NCBI GenBank assembly: GCA_023213395.1
Contig: CM041465.1
Span: 214,279,741 to 214,343,740 of the forward strand
Source: Cycas panzhihuaensis
Taxonomy: Eukaryota; Plantae; Cycadophyta
Direction of reading: 5' to 3'
Length of the DNA: 64,000 nucleotides
Shown here piece after piece: positions 39,723 to 52,600 of this stretch. The position numbers and the translations under genes are program-made. The notes under the pieces are model-generated. The model was not told the DNA's origin and ran no database searches. It saw only the letters and a list, made by a program, of their open reading frames with translations. How positions within the stretch are numbered: position 1 is the stretch's first letter; every line of letters starts with the position of its first letter.

Positions 39723-41095
39723 TATTATGAGGCTATATTATAATAAAAAATAAGGGGTTCTAGAAGATTAGAAAAATCATAAGCAATTTTAGAAGGAAGC
39801 CATTTATAACTTTACTAGAAAATTATTAATAACTTCATAAGGAAGTTATCTATGGAAAGTTATAAACTTATATATAAAATTATTTGATGAATGTAAACTT
39901 TAGCTTTTATAATTAAAATTACATTATTCTCTAGTTTTTCCATATTCATATGTGTATGCATTATGTCTATTCCATTTATTAAAATGCGGGGTCTTAGTAA
40001 GCTCGATATGTCTTTTGATACAAATAAAAATGGCAAAAGAATAACTTGGGTTTCATTATTTTAATGTAAATTAGGAAGGTATGTGCATTTGTTAACCTCT
40101 TTAGAAATGTGTTAAGTGTGCATGCATGGGGTTGGAACCTTTTAAAACATGTAAATTGTTTATCACACATAAGTGCAAATGAGGTTATAGCTCAAATACA
40201 AATATGAACAAAATAATAACTAGACTCATCTTCATTTATTTTCTTAGCAATATGGATTAATGATTATATGTATCCATAAGCTTTATAAAATATGTGTGAT
40301 GAATTAATTATTAGACTAATGTCCATTATAGTATATTCATGCACAAAGACGTCTTGGGAAGCAACGAGCTACCACCAGCTAACTTTGAGTCACCGCAGGT
40401 TGTCCGTAAGATGATAAGGTAAGTTATGCATTTTAATTTATTATTTGTTTAATATTTGACTAATTGTTGGGTTGAGGCAATCTCCCACCTCCCCAAAATC
40501 TATATATATCTTGTGTGTACCACCCTAGTATTTTTTAACACTGGCTTCAAATGTATGGAAATTAGTTGTAATGCTTCGACAATGGATTGATATGTATTCA
40601 ATTTGATTTTCTCTGTCCTCTGGAATTAACACGTATTCTTCATATACTTGCATCCACCTTTTGAGTGATAAAATTATGATCCTCATGTTTATCTTCTGAT
40701 TTTTCATTGGTACTTGTGGTGGTAATTAAAAATAAGACATCTCCTTTCTGCGAAGTCGAATTGGTGCTCAATCTACTATCTCATCCATTTTAGTTTGCTC
40801 ATGGTATATCCATCCTAGCATCTTCCTTGCTGACCTTTATAAATCTAAAAATCCATCAAAGTTTTCATTTCCATTTTTGCTTAGATTTGATCTATAACAA
40901 TTATGAATGGATGCCCAAAATAATAGCAATTGTTATTTCACTTTCCATGGTCCATGATTAGATATAATCACCTCGCTCTATTATGTTAATCACCTGTGAC
41001 CTACTATTCTCTCTACTCTATCTCTATGTAATGTCTACGTTTGATTTCTTTCCACTTTTTCTTACCAAGCCCTACATACAATAGAAAAGGATGTA

Positions 41096-41157
41096 ATAAG
41101 TATCCCATTTAATCCAATCACCTTTCTACAAGTGAAGCATTGCATTAGTATAATCAT
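41096..41157 (-). pseudogene. RPB10: Captured 5' coding fragment of RNA polymerase common subunit RPB10 (NRPB10/RPABC5), antisense within the TR-GAG leader
   Basis: Minus strand atgattatactaatgcaatgcttcacttgtagaaaggtgattgga-ttaaatgggatacttat reads MIILMQCFTCRKVIG/KWDTY vs canonical [19 protein letters not shown]. The amino-acid changes are explicable by C>T/G>A transitions, plus a 1-bp deletion in the Asn codon. Confidence 0.9.
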
Positions 41158-41655
41158 TTTTGCCTTACTTAACTGTCAAAGATCACAGATACCACACGTG
41201 AGAATTTCTATTTAAAAATTATTTGTGTTTTAGCTTTATAGCCTTAGACAATCCCCAAGACATCCATTTTAAAGGAATGTTTGATCAAATTCACAACTAT
41301 CTTTTGGTTTAAGAAGTTTGTAAGCTATAAACCATTGATCTCCTTCTTTGCCAATAGCTCTAAAAGCTTTTTATCCTATACTTGACTCATATTATCATCT
41401 CTAATTTAGATCTAGATTTGTGTTACATCGTATTATATGCGCAGGTAGCCCAACTTGTTTTCCCTCTATTTATTCATATTTTTTAAAAGAAAATATATTT
41501 TTTCTTTATATTTTTCGATTGGATCTCATGAAATCCCCCTTCACATTCAAGATCGATCAATATTGATTGATATTTTAGATAAATTCATCAATTTTGTAGT
41601 GCATCGATCACTGCTTGTTTAATATATTTTTATTATTAAATTATATATATCTCAG

Positions 41656-41680
41656 ATATATATATATATATATATATATA
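41656..41680. repeat. (AT)n microsatellite
   Basis: About 12 AT units. Confidence 0.95.
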
Positions 41681-42918
41681 ATATTTTGAAGGCAAATAGT
41701 GTGCCCCCCCTCCATGGAGATTTAATCAATCTTTCGATCAAAATTTTGATTAATTTTGATCATCTAATTATTAGATTTCAACTCTATTTATCACCCATTA
41801 ATGGGTGATATTTTTCTTCAACATTATATTTTTTCTAAAGTTTTACTAAATTAAAATAAATTTGATTTATTTTTAAATTAGCCCCTTCTGCCATTAGTTG
41901 ATGGTCTCATCTTGGTCCATATGACTTTAGCTTTATCTTTTTAGGGTGTAGACTCCAAACATTACAAGCTACTTTTTATAATTTTATTTTTTAAAAGATT
42001 TAACTCTATTCTATATAATTTGAAGTCCACTAGCCCCCTTTGGAGCTTAGCAGGCAATCCTTTTAGCCCTCACATGACCAGGGGATTCTCAGCCAAGGGG
42101 CTTAACCCTAATCCTTTTTTCTATTTTACCATAAACGGGTTCTTGTACTATTTTTATTATATTTTATAATCTAAGAGTTTATTTTTTGAACAACTAGATC
42201 CATCATAAAGATATTTCAATTCTCTATGTACTAAAGCAGTTTTCAAGGAGATTTGACACTATTTTATAGGATTTTGAAGTTGGTGAACTAAAAACCTCTA
42301 TTTGATCCTAGTTTGACATATTTTTTAATATTTCAAGCAAATTTTTCACTCTAACTCAACATGCTTATTTATCATTCAACTACTAATCATTTATTGATAG
42401 TTTTTATCTATTTTAGAGGCTCACAGCTAAGTTTTTATAACATTTTAGCCCAACTTTAGCTTCCTAAAGAGAAGGAGCCTCTTTAGGAACAAAAGCATTA
42501 AACCAATGGACTCAAACTCCTTATAACCCTATTCTAAAGTTGTCACTTTATATTTTAGCTTATAAACTTGATTATAAAGCTCTTTTAAGGCATATTTTCT
42601 GCTTATTCAAGGTCTTTTCTACCTCTTTAAAGTATTTATTCAAAGAAGTGTATTTCAAAATTACTTTATAAGCATACCTTACATTTTTCCTTAGTTTAAA
42701 AGAAGCTCATATAATATCATTTATTCTTAATGTTTTTATCTTTTAAATAGTGAAACGAATCATTAAAAATCATTAAAGCTTGTTTACTTCATTTTGTATA
42801 TCTTTATTCGAAAGGAGATTCATTGCATATTTCAAGTTATTTTTTCATTTGAGGTTAAAATAACTCTTATTTATTCATTAAGACTATTCTTTTAAAGTAT
42901 ATATTAAAGTCTCTTCTA

Positions 42919-43539
42919 ATGGTAACCTATCTGGATGACATGATGATTTCCATATTTAATAGCACTAGTTTTTCACTTTAGAAAATTTTGATAAAAACAC
43001 TCCTTATCTCTAAAAATCTATGGAATTATGTGAAATATGGTTATAAGCCAAATGTTAAAGAAAATATAAAAAAGGATAATGAGGCTTTAGCTTTAATTTT
43101 TTGTATAATAGATGACACTGTATTGATTAATGTTAGTAAAATGACCACATCTAAATCTACATGGGATACCTTAGAATTAGTTTATGGGGGAGATACTTCA
43201 GAACTAAATGAAACCAACTATATTGATAATGCTTTTTATGTGAGATACATGCTGGACTATGTAAACTTTGTTGAAATAACTAATGTTACATGTACTATTA
43301 AAGACTCTAATAAAAGTAATGATCATATTGTTGCATTTAATACCTTTGACCTGATTGACTTAACTAAGGCAAAAGATCATGAAGACTATATTATAAGGCA
43401 TAAATTGATGATCACTTCAATGATAGTGACAAAGCTAAAGGACATATATTCAATATCTCTCTCAAAGTTTCTTGAAGTACAAATACCATAAATTTAAAGA
43501 AAAGTTGAAGATGCATATGATGAATATTAACAGAGAGAA
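42919..43539 (+). pseudogene. Truncated gag plus RNase H tail of TR-GAG-like element #4
   Basis: atggtaacctatctggatgacatgatgatttccatattt... then ORF 42988-43491 'KDNEALALIFCIIDDTV...TWDTLELVYGG'. Tail KYHKFKEKL before the PPT. Confidence 0.85.
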
Positions 43540-46500
43540 TGTTAGGTTAATATTTATCACCTAATATTGCATTGGGAGTACACATTAACATGGTCATTAT
43601 GCTAAGTTAAGGTAATATTATTTTATTGTAGCTTCCTTATTTTTTATGTTATTTTGAATTCAAGGTTGAGGAGGGCTCCTGCCCTCCTCCAAAATATTTA
43701 ACCCTTGAGGCCAAAACCCCCGATGTTCTTCAACACCACCACAACTCAAAAATATTGATGTACTCTTTCAAGATGGATTGAATATGATTTGAATCTTATT
43801 ATACAATATGGATTGATGTGTTCACTACTCCACTCTTGTCTTCATTTACATTCTTCATTAATGCATATGATATCTAACCCTTAGTCCTTTAATGAAGTAT
43901 ATCATAAACTTTTATTCCTTAGTTAAAAAGTAAACCCTTTTTTATTTAATTCTCTTTTCTTTTCCTTCTTATTTTAGATCCAACATTTACTTCAAATAAA
44001 TGTCCATAATAAATAAAACAAAAACTTCTACATGTATGATATTTGAACTTCATTCTTTTAAATGATCTTACAATTACTCATTTTAATTAAAGATTTACAG
44101 AAAGCATATGCATGCAGAAATTAAAAAATTAAAATATGAAACAATTCAACAGATGAAATACTAAAGAGGATTTAGGTATGTATTATTTTGCACGATGCTT
44201 TATAAATCATGAGATATTATCATCATATTCAATAATTTGATATGTATTGAATTGACTAAAAAAAAAGATAATATATTTTCATACTTATTAAAACATTTTA
44301 TGAGAGTTTATTTAGGCACTCCTTCAAAGGAGCATTGAGACATATATTAAGATGAGTGTTAAGGAAGTAACTAAATATGTGTTAAAATACATATCGAATC
44401 ATGGATGAATAAGTGCTAGAACATTTATTAAACATATTAGAACACTTCTTAGTAAGTGTATTCAATTCTCTACTTAGTCATTAAAGTCTATGTCAAGATG
44501 CTCACTAAAAAATACATCCAAATAGTTGTTAAAGCCCACTAAAAATTAATCAATTAATGAGTATTTATTTATTCACTTGAAATATATTTATGTCCATATC
44601 AAATCCATTAAACTTAAGATCATTATTATTTTAATATATATTATTTTTCTTTAAATTACATGTTGCACTATTATTATTATTTATATGATTATGAGATAAG
44701 CAAACTATCAAATTCCATGGACTATATATCAAAATTAAATTAAATAAGGATGAAGGAATGAAGAGGATAAGGGATAATGGAAACAAAAATGAAATGGAAT
44801 GTGGTAGAGTTATCTATTTATAGAGATCATTATCAGTGTCATATAATACTAGGGTTTATTATAGGACCCTATTACTTATAACTCTACATTTGAAGCTTCA
44901 TTGAAGAATGAAGGAAAAGAGGAACTTAGAGGGCCTTTATTCAATAGTGGGGACATTGAGAGATTCAAGAGTTTGGTTAGTGTAACATATTTAGGAAAAA
45001 TATATGAAATCTCCTTATGGAATGTTAGGATTCAAGCTCTTCTAAGTCCTCACACTTGTCAGTCCTCCCATTCTTTAGCTAGTACAATTTAGATCTTTCT
45101 TTTAGGATGGGATAGAGATCTACGATAGATTGTTTCCTTAAGAGGGCTTAGGGATTTATTGATAGGGAGATTAGGATGTTTATTTTGGCATAAGGACCCC
45201 AACAATCCTCCTATTTATTAGTACTATTTACTTATTTATTCTTCCCTTTAAGATGAAAATCTTAATGATTAGTTGCTTTAGTTTATTTAATTTTCTCTTT
45301 ATTCTTTTATGTTGATTATCTTAGCATGTAGATAATAATTATGTATATTTCCTTGATTAGAACACATTTAGAATGTCATCTATCTTCCCTTTGGAAGAGG
45401 ATCAAGGATCCATCAAGACTCATTACCATACATGGCCTTTTATAAGGGCCACTCTTTCTCCTAACTTAAGGCTACTTAGATAACCTACTTTAATCAACAT
45501 TGCATCACACTAACTATAGATTAGAAGGAATAATAAGTGATAAGACATATAATATCTTAGACTATATATAAATGACCCTATCAATGGTCTACTATTAGGG
45601 CCTTCCTCACTCAATGATGATCAACCCATAAAGGTGAATGGCTTAGGGATGATTGCATATAATTTTGGTGGGACTTATACACTTATAAGTGAATAAAAAA
45701 GAAATAAACTACTCTTAACCTAAAGTGTGGTAGGAGGCCATCACCTTTGGAGTTTAAAACATATCATAGAGTGAATAATCCCTAAGAAGAATGGGTTTGA
45801 GTTCCTAGGATATCAATTCTTAGTCAATAAAACTTATCCTTAGAAAGAGAAGTCTTTATTCTTTAGGAAGAGTAAGCTTATACCTTAGGGATGCCAAATC
45901 TTAATTAACCAAGAATATTTTGCTAGGAGAATGAGTCCTAACTTAGGGGGAATAAATAATATCAAGTACCTATATAAAAACTAGCATGAATTTTGATTAT
46001 ATGAAATTATTAAATAACTAAACTATGCATAAACCATAGATTTAAAGCAAATATATCTACACTAATACATCTATATGCATATGTACTATTCCAACTATTT
46101 CCTTTTTCTCATTTTGTTTTGTTTGCTTAACCTAAAATACCACTAAACCCTACCACATATTATAAAGAAAATTAAGTCCTTTGGATGGACTTATGATTAT
46201 CCCAATTATTATCTTTTTGATCTATTTGTCCTTTATTTCTTGATTAGCAATTCAACTAGATATCACATAAGTAAATTTATTCCTTTTGTTTACTATTCTT
46301 TTGAAAGGAAAAAGAATAGACAAGTAACAAATACATAACCAATGAAGATAAGAAAAGATTGTTTCTAGTTATTTACCTCTTCTATTTTGTGTTTTGGTTA
46401 AAAAAGGTAAGACTATGTAGTAGGAAAATTTTATGAAAAGGAAAAGGTGAAGAATGGTATGCTTTCCACCCTTTTGAAGAACCTTCCAAGTAAGATCACT

Positions 46501-46679
46501 AATATTTAAACAAGCCATGAAAGTGTGTCGTAAAAAAAAAGGAGGGAGGGATGGGTAAGCCATAATTCTATAATGAAATCATTTTGAAGTAAAAAGTGCC
46601 AAGTGTTCTAACATTATTCTAATAGCATGTTTACTACACTTAAAGAATTGTGATATAATACAATATGTGAGGGAGCTTA

Positions 46680-49600
46680 GAATTCTATAGAAAAGGGTTT
46701 AATACTTCCTTTTAGAGTTATTAAGACAAGACACTCACCTATTTATGGAGAGTTTATTAGCACTAAGGCTATGTGTGTGAAATTCTCCTCAAGATATGAG
46801 TATAAAATTTTAAGCAAAGGATCCGTAACCTTGGAAAGGAGGCTATTAAGCTAAATAAATAATGATTTAAAAATTAAAAAAAGAAAAAGAGCTAACTAAA
46901 TCTTTTACCATAATAATTCACAACATGATCTAAGAACTCATTTATATTTTAATTATGAAATGACAAAAAGAAATTATTAAAAGCTAGTATAAACATGCCA
47001 AAAAAAATCCAATATAAAAAAGTTGGTGGTGGAGATGCCTTAGATTAGTGCTATGGTAGCTCCAAGATGCTCCAAACCAAGCTCTAGAAATTAAAAGATG
47101 TGCCAAAATATCTTGAGGTTGAAAGGATAACCAACATAAACAAATCTTGCATAGAAAGGTGAGAGAAGAAAGAGGCCAAAGGAAGAAAATACTCTAAACT
47201 TGGGTGTGTATGACCCTAAGTCATGAAAACCTTTGAGCAATGGTTTAGTTCTTACTCTAACAATTCATTCCAAGGAAGAAAAAGGGTCATCAAAGCTTGA
47301 GATAAAATTTTAGTAGTACTTCATTGCATAAAACTCAATCTCCTATTTTCTTAATAAATAGAAGGGTATTTATAGGGAAATTAGGAGTGAGAGGTTGGAA
47401 CAAATATGCGAGAGGTTAGTTCATGGTTTATTCAACAAATTGGGTTCGTATTATAGAAGATAACTTATTTTGGTTATAGTTTGTTAACACGCAAATAGTG
47501 AAAACTATTACAAATCTTGAAAACCATGGTTAATTTATAACTAAAACCATGGTTCACTTTAGAAAGCATAGTCTACTTCATAAGTTGTGGTCCACTTCAT
47601 AAATCATAGTCTTCATCTTTAATTATAATTTATTAAGAAGATTGCAGTTTTAGGTAACTCAAACTAAAATTCTCCAGAGTAAGAAAAAAATATGAAAAGT
47701 TTTAGAAACTAAGCCAACTTATCATCCAAAAGCATTAAATAAGGCTAATGAGGAGCTAAATAGAGTAAAATCATCACTCAAAGGTATAAAAAAAAATGAC
47801 TAATTTATAAATCAAGGGCCCATAAAGTCATAAACAAAGAAGGGAAAGAATTAGAGCAATGTCCTAGAGTGAGCTTCAGGTGCCTTAAAAATGCACATGT
47901 TATGATTTATACATCATAGACAATGATTATAATAAGCATAAATATAATCAAATCAAACAATCATCTAATCAACATATTAATCAACAAGTTAATCAATCTA
48001 AATATCTAATCAAACCCTAGTAGTAAATGAAGTAAGGCATAAGACCTAGCTCTATCAAAAGGAGTGAGGTTGATTGGAATAATTTATTTGTTTTGCCTAT
48101 GTATATTACATTTCTCTTAATGATCATATCTCTAATGACATCTCCTATGTATTTTAGAGCGATAATGAAATTGAGTCAACGCACAAAATAGGCATTTATT
48201 TTTCCATTATGATGTCATTCTCTTTTATTACGTTTCACTTATATTTATCTTCTTTTATATTTTTTTTTCTTTGATTCTAAATGTAATTATTGATTCTACC
48301 TATCCCACTGTGTAAATCTCTTTGAGTAGATATGAATTGAGTACTCATTAGTAAAAAATAAATATCATATGAGGAAGTTATGTCTCTTCTATGATTTTCC
48401 CTTATTTTGTGTTAGAGTTTCTCACTTCTTGAGGTTGACATCATAAATAATCCCCAAAAGATAGTATATCTCTCTCAAACATTTACCTCTATATCAATTT
48501 ATATGATCTATTACCTAAATCAACACATTATAGATATATTTTCCTTAGGTTAATTTCATTTTAAGACTTGTTTAGATTCTAAAGCCTAGGATTACCCTCA
48601 TTTTTTATTTGTTTTCACTTAAACAAGGCATAATTTATTTGATTCTTAATATGATTTCACTCTCAACTAGAGGATTTTCACGTGCCATAGTCATTATCAT
48701 CGTGTTTATGTAGTTTCCTAAATCATTTAACTCATGCATTTCTATATATTTTTATTATATAATTGATTTCTACAACATCGCTTTTGTTCTATATAATTTA
48801 ATCTATATACCATATTTATATTCATAATAAAGGTGGTATCATATATTTTATATTGCATATCTATTGATCATCTACCATGATATCATCTTAAAGTTTCTAC
48901 TCTATTTCTATAGTATTTTATGTTTCAGCAATATTCCTTTTAGTGGTATAAATTTTTATTTCTCTCTTTTATTTGAATTTATTAGTTTTTACTTATAAAT
49001 AGTAAATTTTTAAAACTTCATTACATGTCACTCTCATTGAATTTATTTTATGATTGATTATCTCTCTTATTTATTTGGTTTTCTTCTTTTGTTAATCATC
49101 ACTTTAGAAGAATTTCCATGGTGATTTATTCTTATGACTCATATATCTTTTCATCTTTGATGAGGTCCTCTTTGATTCTTTCTTAGATAGAATTGTAGTT
49201 AAGATTTATATTATCTATAATATATAATAGGTGCCTTGGTAGTTTTCCTCTAGTAATATTTTGCAAGAGGAAGAAAATTGGATAAGGAGAAAGTGCATGC
49301 TTACTCATTATCAACTAGAAGAGTCTCTCAAGTAAACGAATTAAATAAAAGTTTTTATTCTTTTCTTGTTTAGTTTTATATATTTCAGTTGATTAATGGT
49401 TATAAATGAAATAATATAAAGAATTTAATTGATATATTTTAAGAGAATATACATAATAAATTGATGTGGTAAAAGAACCTAAAACCCCTTACGAAAGATA
49501 CTTTCCTTAATCCTTATAAATATTCTCATACTATTATATTTTGATATAACTAGAAACCATACATAAACAAATAGTCTTTTATTTCTTATAATGATAGTGT

Positions 49601-52600
49601 TCCTTATGTAGTGAGTTTTACTCATTTCTTGTAAGATTTTGTCATGGATCTAGATATTTCCTTATATTAAAAAGTAAGGGCCATACCCAAGTAAACACCT
49701 ACCAATTCTTAGTATACTCATTACTTTAGACACCAAAGGATATAATATTAATTCTTATATTGAAATATATATTAATGATTCGAATTTTTATAATATTCAT
49801 TCTTTACTAAAGAAATAGTAAGTGGTGTAAGATTATTGTTTATAGGATAAAGTTTTGTATTACTTAGTATCATTATGTATACTAGATAGAGATATACAGA
49901 GAAAGATAATAAGGCAAGCTCACTTTTCCAAAGTGGTTGGGAATTTTAAAGCAAGAAAATTTATACATGCTTTGCAATAGTACTTTTATTGGAAGAAAAT
50001 AAAGAAAGATATTATTGGCCATATTAAGTTATATATTATGTACCAAATCATAAAGCTAACAAATATGAAATTAGGACTCTACTAGCCATTGTTAGTTCTA
50101 ATAAGCCTTTGGGTATCTATTTAATCGTCCTTCTTATAAGAACTGCCATGTACTAAGAAAACACATGACTATATCATGGTAGTTGTGGATAAAGTTTCTA
50201 AGATGGCACTTTTAATACTACGTTAAAAGAGAATTACAACTATAGAGGTGTTGGCTAATAAAAGGGTCATGTTCAATACATTAATAAAAGGGTCATTAAT
50301 CATATATTAAAAGGGGTTATTTATACTTATCTTAATATACAGATTAATTAATTTATAAATTGTATTAATATAAGGATTAGTTGAGAATTACTTGGATGGT
50401 TAAACCACCTAACTTGATGTATAAATATTTTATATGAGAGAGGTATTTATGAAGTATGGTATATATGGATTGTTGTGAAAGTTTGATGCATTGATGCAAG
50501 GCTAGTGGCCTCCAATACCCAACCAAATATGTAATCCTTCAAGTTAATGAATGATATTATTATTACTTGTACTTGTGTTCTCTTATCTCTAACTTAACTC
50601 CTCTTATGAAAGTTATGATTATTAACATCCTAATTATAAATGTTGTCTTAGTTAATATTATGATGGTAAATGCAATCTTTAATTAGATGACACATTGGTA
50701 AATAAAATATTGATGTCCTAGATTCAATAATATTTGGAATCATTATTGATACAAGAATTTGAAATGTCTCTACTTGCCTTATAGTTGATTAGATGATAAC
50801 AATAGGATCACAATCACATAGATGAAGACACATTGGAGTAGTGAGTGAAGACCCATTGATGATCAATATTTTACCTACCATTGAAGGAATAATGAAGACT
50901 ATGCTAGATAATTTATTGGTAGTTAAACTTGAAGATATCAACATGGCATATGATAAGTAGTATGCGATGAGCATATTATTCCATATGGAAGAAATTTGTA
51001 AATAATAAAATGTCTCAATACCTCATCAGGTGGAATCCTTTCTAGCTAAAATGCATCAACTATATAGTAATGAGAAATTACCTTGAAGAGGTTCCAATGG
51101 ATCTCGTTACTGAAGATAATCCTATGGAATATGATTTGACCTCACTACTAAATATCAAGTCAATATTAAAGATGAAATGATGAGTATAAGATACTATAAT
51201 ATTAATATTAGTCAATAAAGTATAGGTAGTTTGTCATCTAATATCATCTTAAAGAAAGGATGTTTTAATTTACAATCTAATAACGTTAAGTTCATAAGAT
51301 AAGGAATGTAGTGCTAAGATAAACTAAAGAAGATTAAAGTTGGTGACATGATTTTAATACAACATAAACAAATGAGAACAATATGATGATAAATAATTTT
51401 AATGGGAAATAGCAACATGGTGAATAATTTAAATCAAAACAACAATGTACAAAATAATCCTTCAAGTTACAAAAAAATATAAGTGGATAAGAAAGATACA
51501 AGCTTCTAAATTCTATAATATATATAGAAATTTAAAGAAAATATTATGCCATATGTCTTATTTAAGAGGGACAAAGGAAAATTATACCTTGTTACTATCC
51601 TAGTCCATTCCTTGTTGAACCAAATTTGAGTGGAGTATACTAAGCTCCTAGAAACAATAACTTTCACAAACATCTTACAAAACTTAAGAACATCCATATC
51701 ATAAGGTTATACACTAAAAAATGACTTACTTTAGCATATAGGTTGTATTTTCTTAATGATTAACTCCTTATTTAAGAATTAAGTTCTCAAAGGAAACCAT
51801 AATAACCTCATTATAAGGTTATTACTTTTTTTTCTTAAGTGAAGGGAAATGATTAATCACATGGGACATCAAATATAGGAGAGTGAAACAATAGTGAGTT
51901 TAGAATTACTTCACCCACTAAATGTCCCTGAATAGAAAAGGGTATAGTTAACTATGGATTTAATTGTCAAACTACCTATATTAGAATGAAAGGATTATAT
52001 TTTTATCATGATTGATAGACTTAAAATATGTGCTTATTTTATAGGAAACAATAGTAAGAGTAAGGCTTGTTAATAAGTGATAATTTTCCTCAAGGAAATA
52101 TATTAGTTGCATAATATTTCTAATTTAATTGTAAGCAAATATGACCCAAAATATACTAATAATATTTATAAATAGTTTTCTTCATCAAGTTAGGATCCCT
52201 CCTAGCATGAGCACTACATACCACCTATAAATGGAGGTCATTAAATGGCATTTCAAAGGGTATCTCTAAAAATTTAGATTATATTAATATAAGTAATGGC
52301 ATATATGTCTATGCTTAGACTGGAAGTGATACAATACTAAATATCATACATCCATTAAAAGGACCCTCTTTAAGGAATTATATAGGCATGAACCATCCAA
52401 AATTTTACTTTAGGATTCATTAGAGGGCAAGGTTATAGTAGTAAATCAATAACTACATGAAATAAGGGATATTATAAAAACACTAAAAGAAAGGTTAGAT
52501 GAAGCTAGGAATAGAATGTTATCCACATATACAGAGAAGGGAATGGGGTGGCTAATAGTCTAGCTAATTGGGGAGTTCAACACAAAAGGAATGAGAACTA

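Larger units (their letters stand above)
40309..43857 (+). mobile_element. TR-GAG-like copia derivative #4 (related to #2) with non-matching LTRs
   Basis: TTAAT flanks both ends (40304-40308 / 43858-43862). Left LTR-like 40309-40642. Right LTR 43540-43857 after PPT agagagaa. gag ORF 42988-43491. The segment is absent from duplicate copy 2 (~53830). Confidence 0.8.
30540..44897 (+). repeat. Copy 1 of an old ~8-kb direct duplication (interrupted by two TR-GAG-like insertions)
   Basis: Continuous colinear similarity to 46680-54902, e.g. 32071 agtaaagttgagtcaacacacaaaataggc vs 48163, 37704 vs 50990, 43863 vs 53825. Confidence 0.9.
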
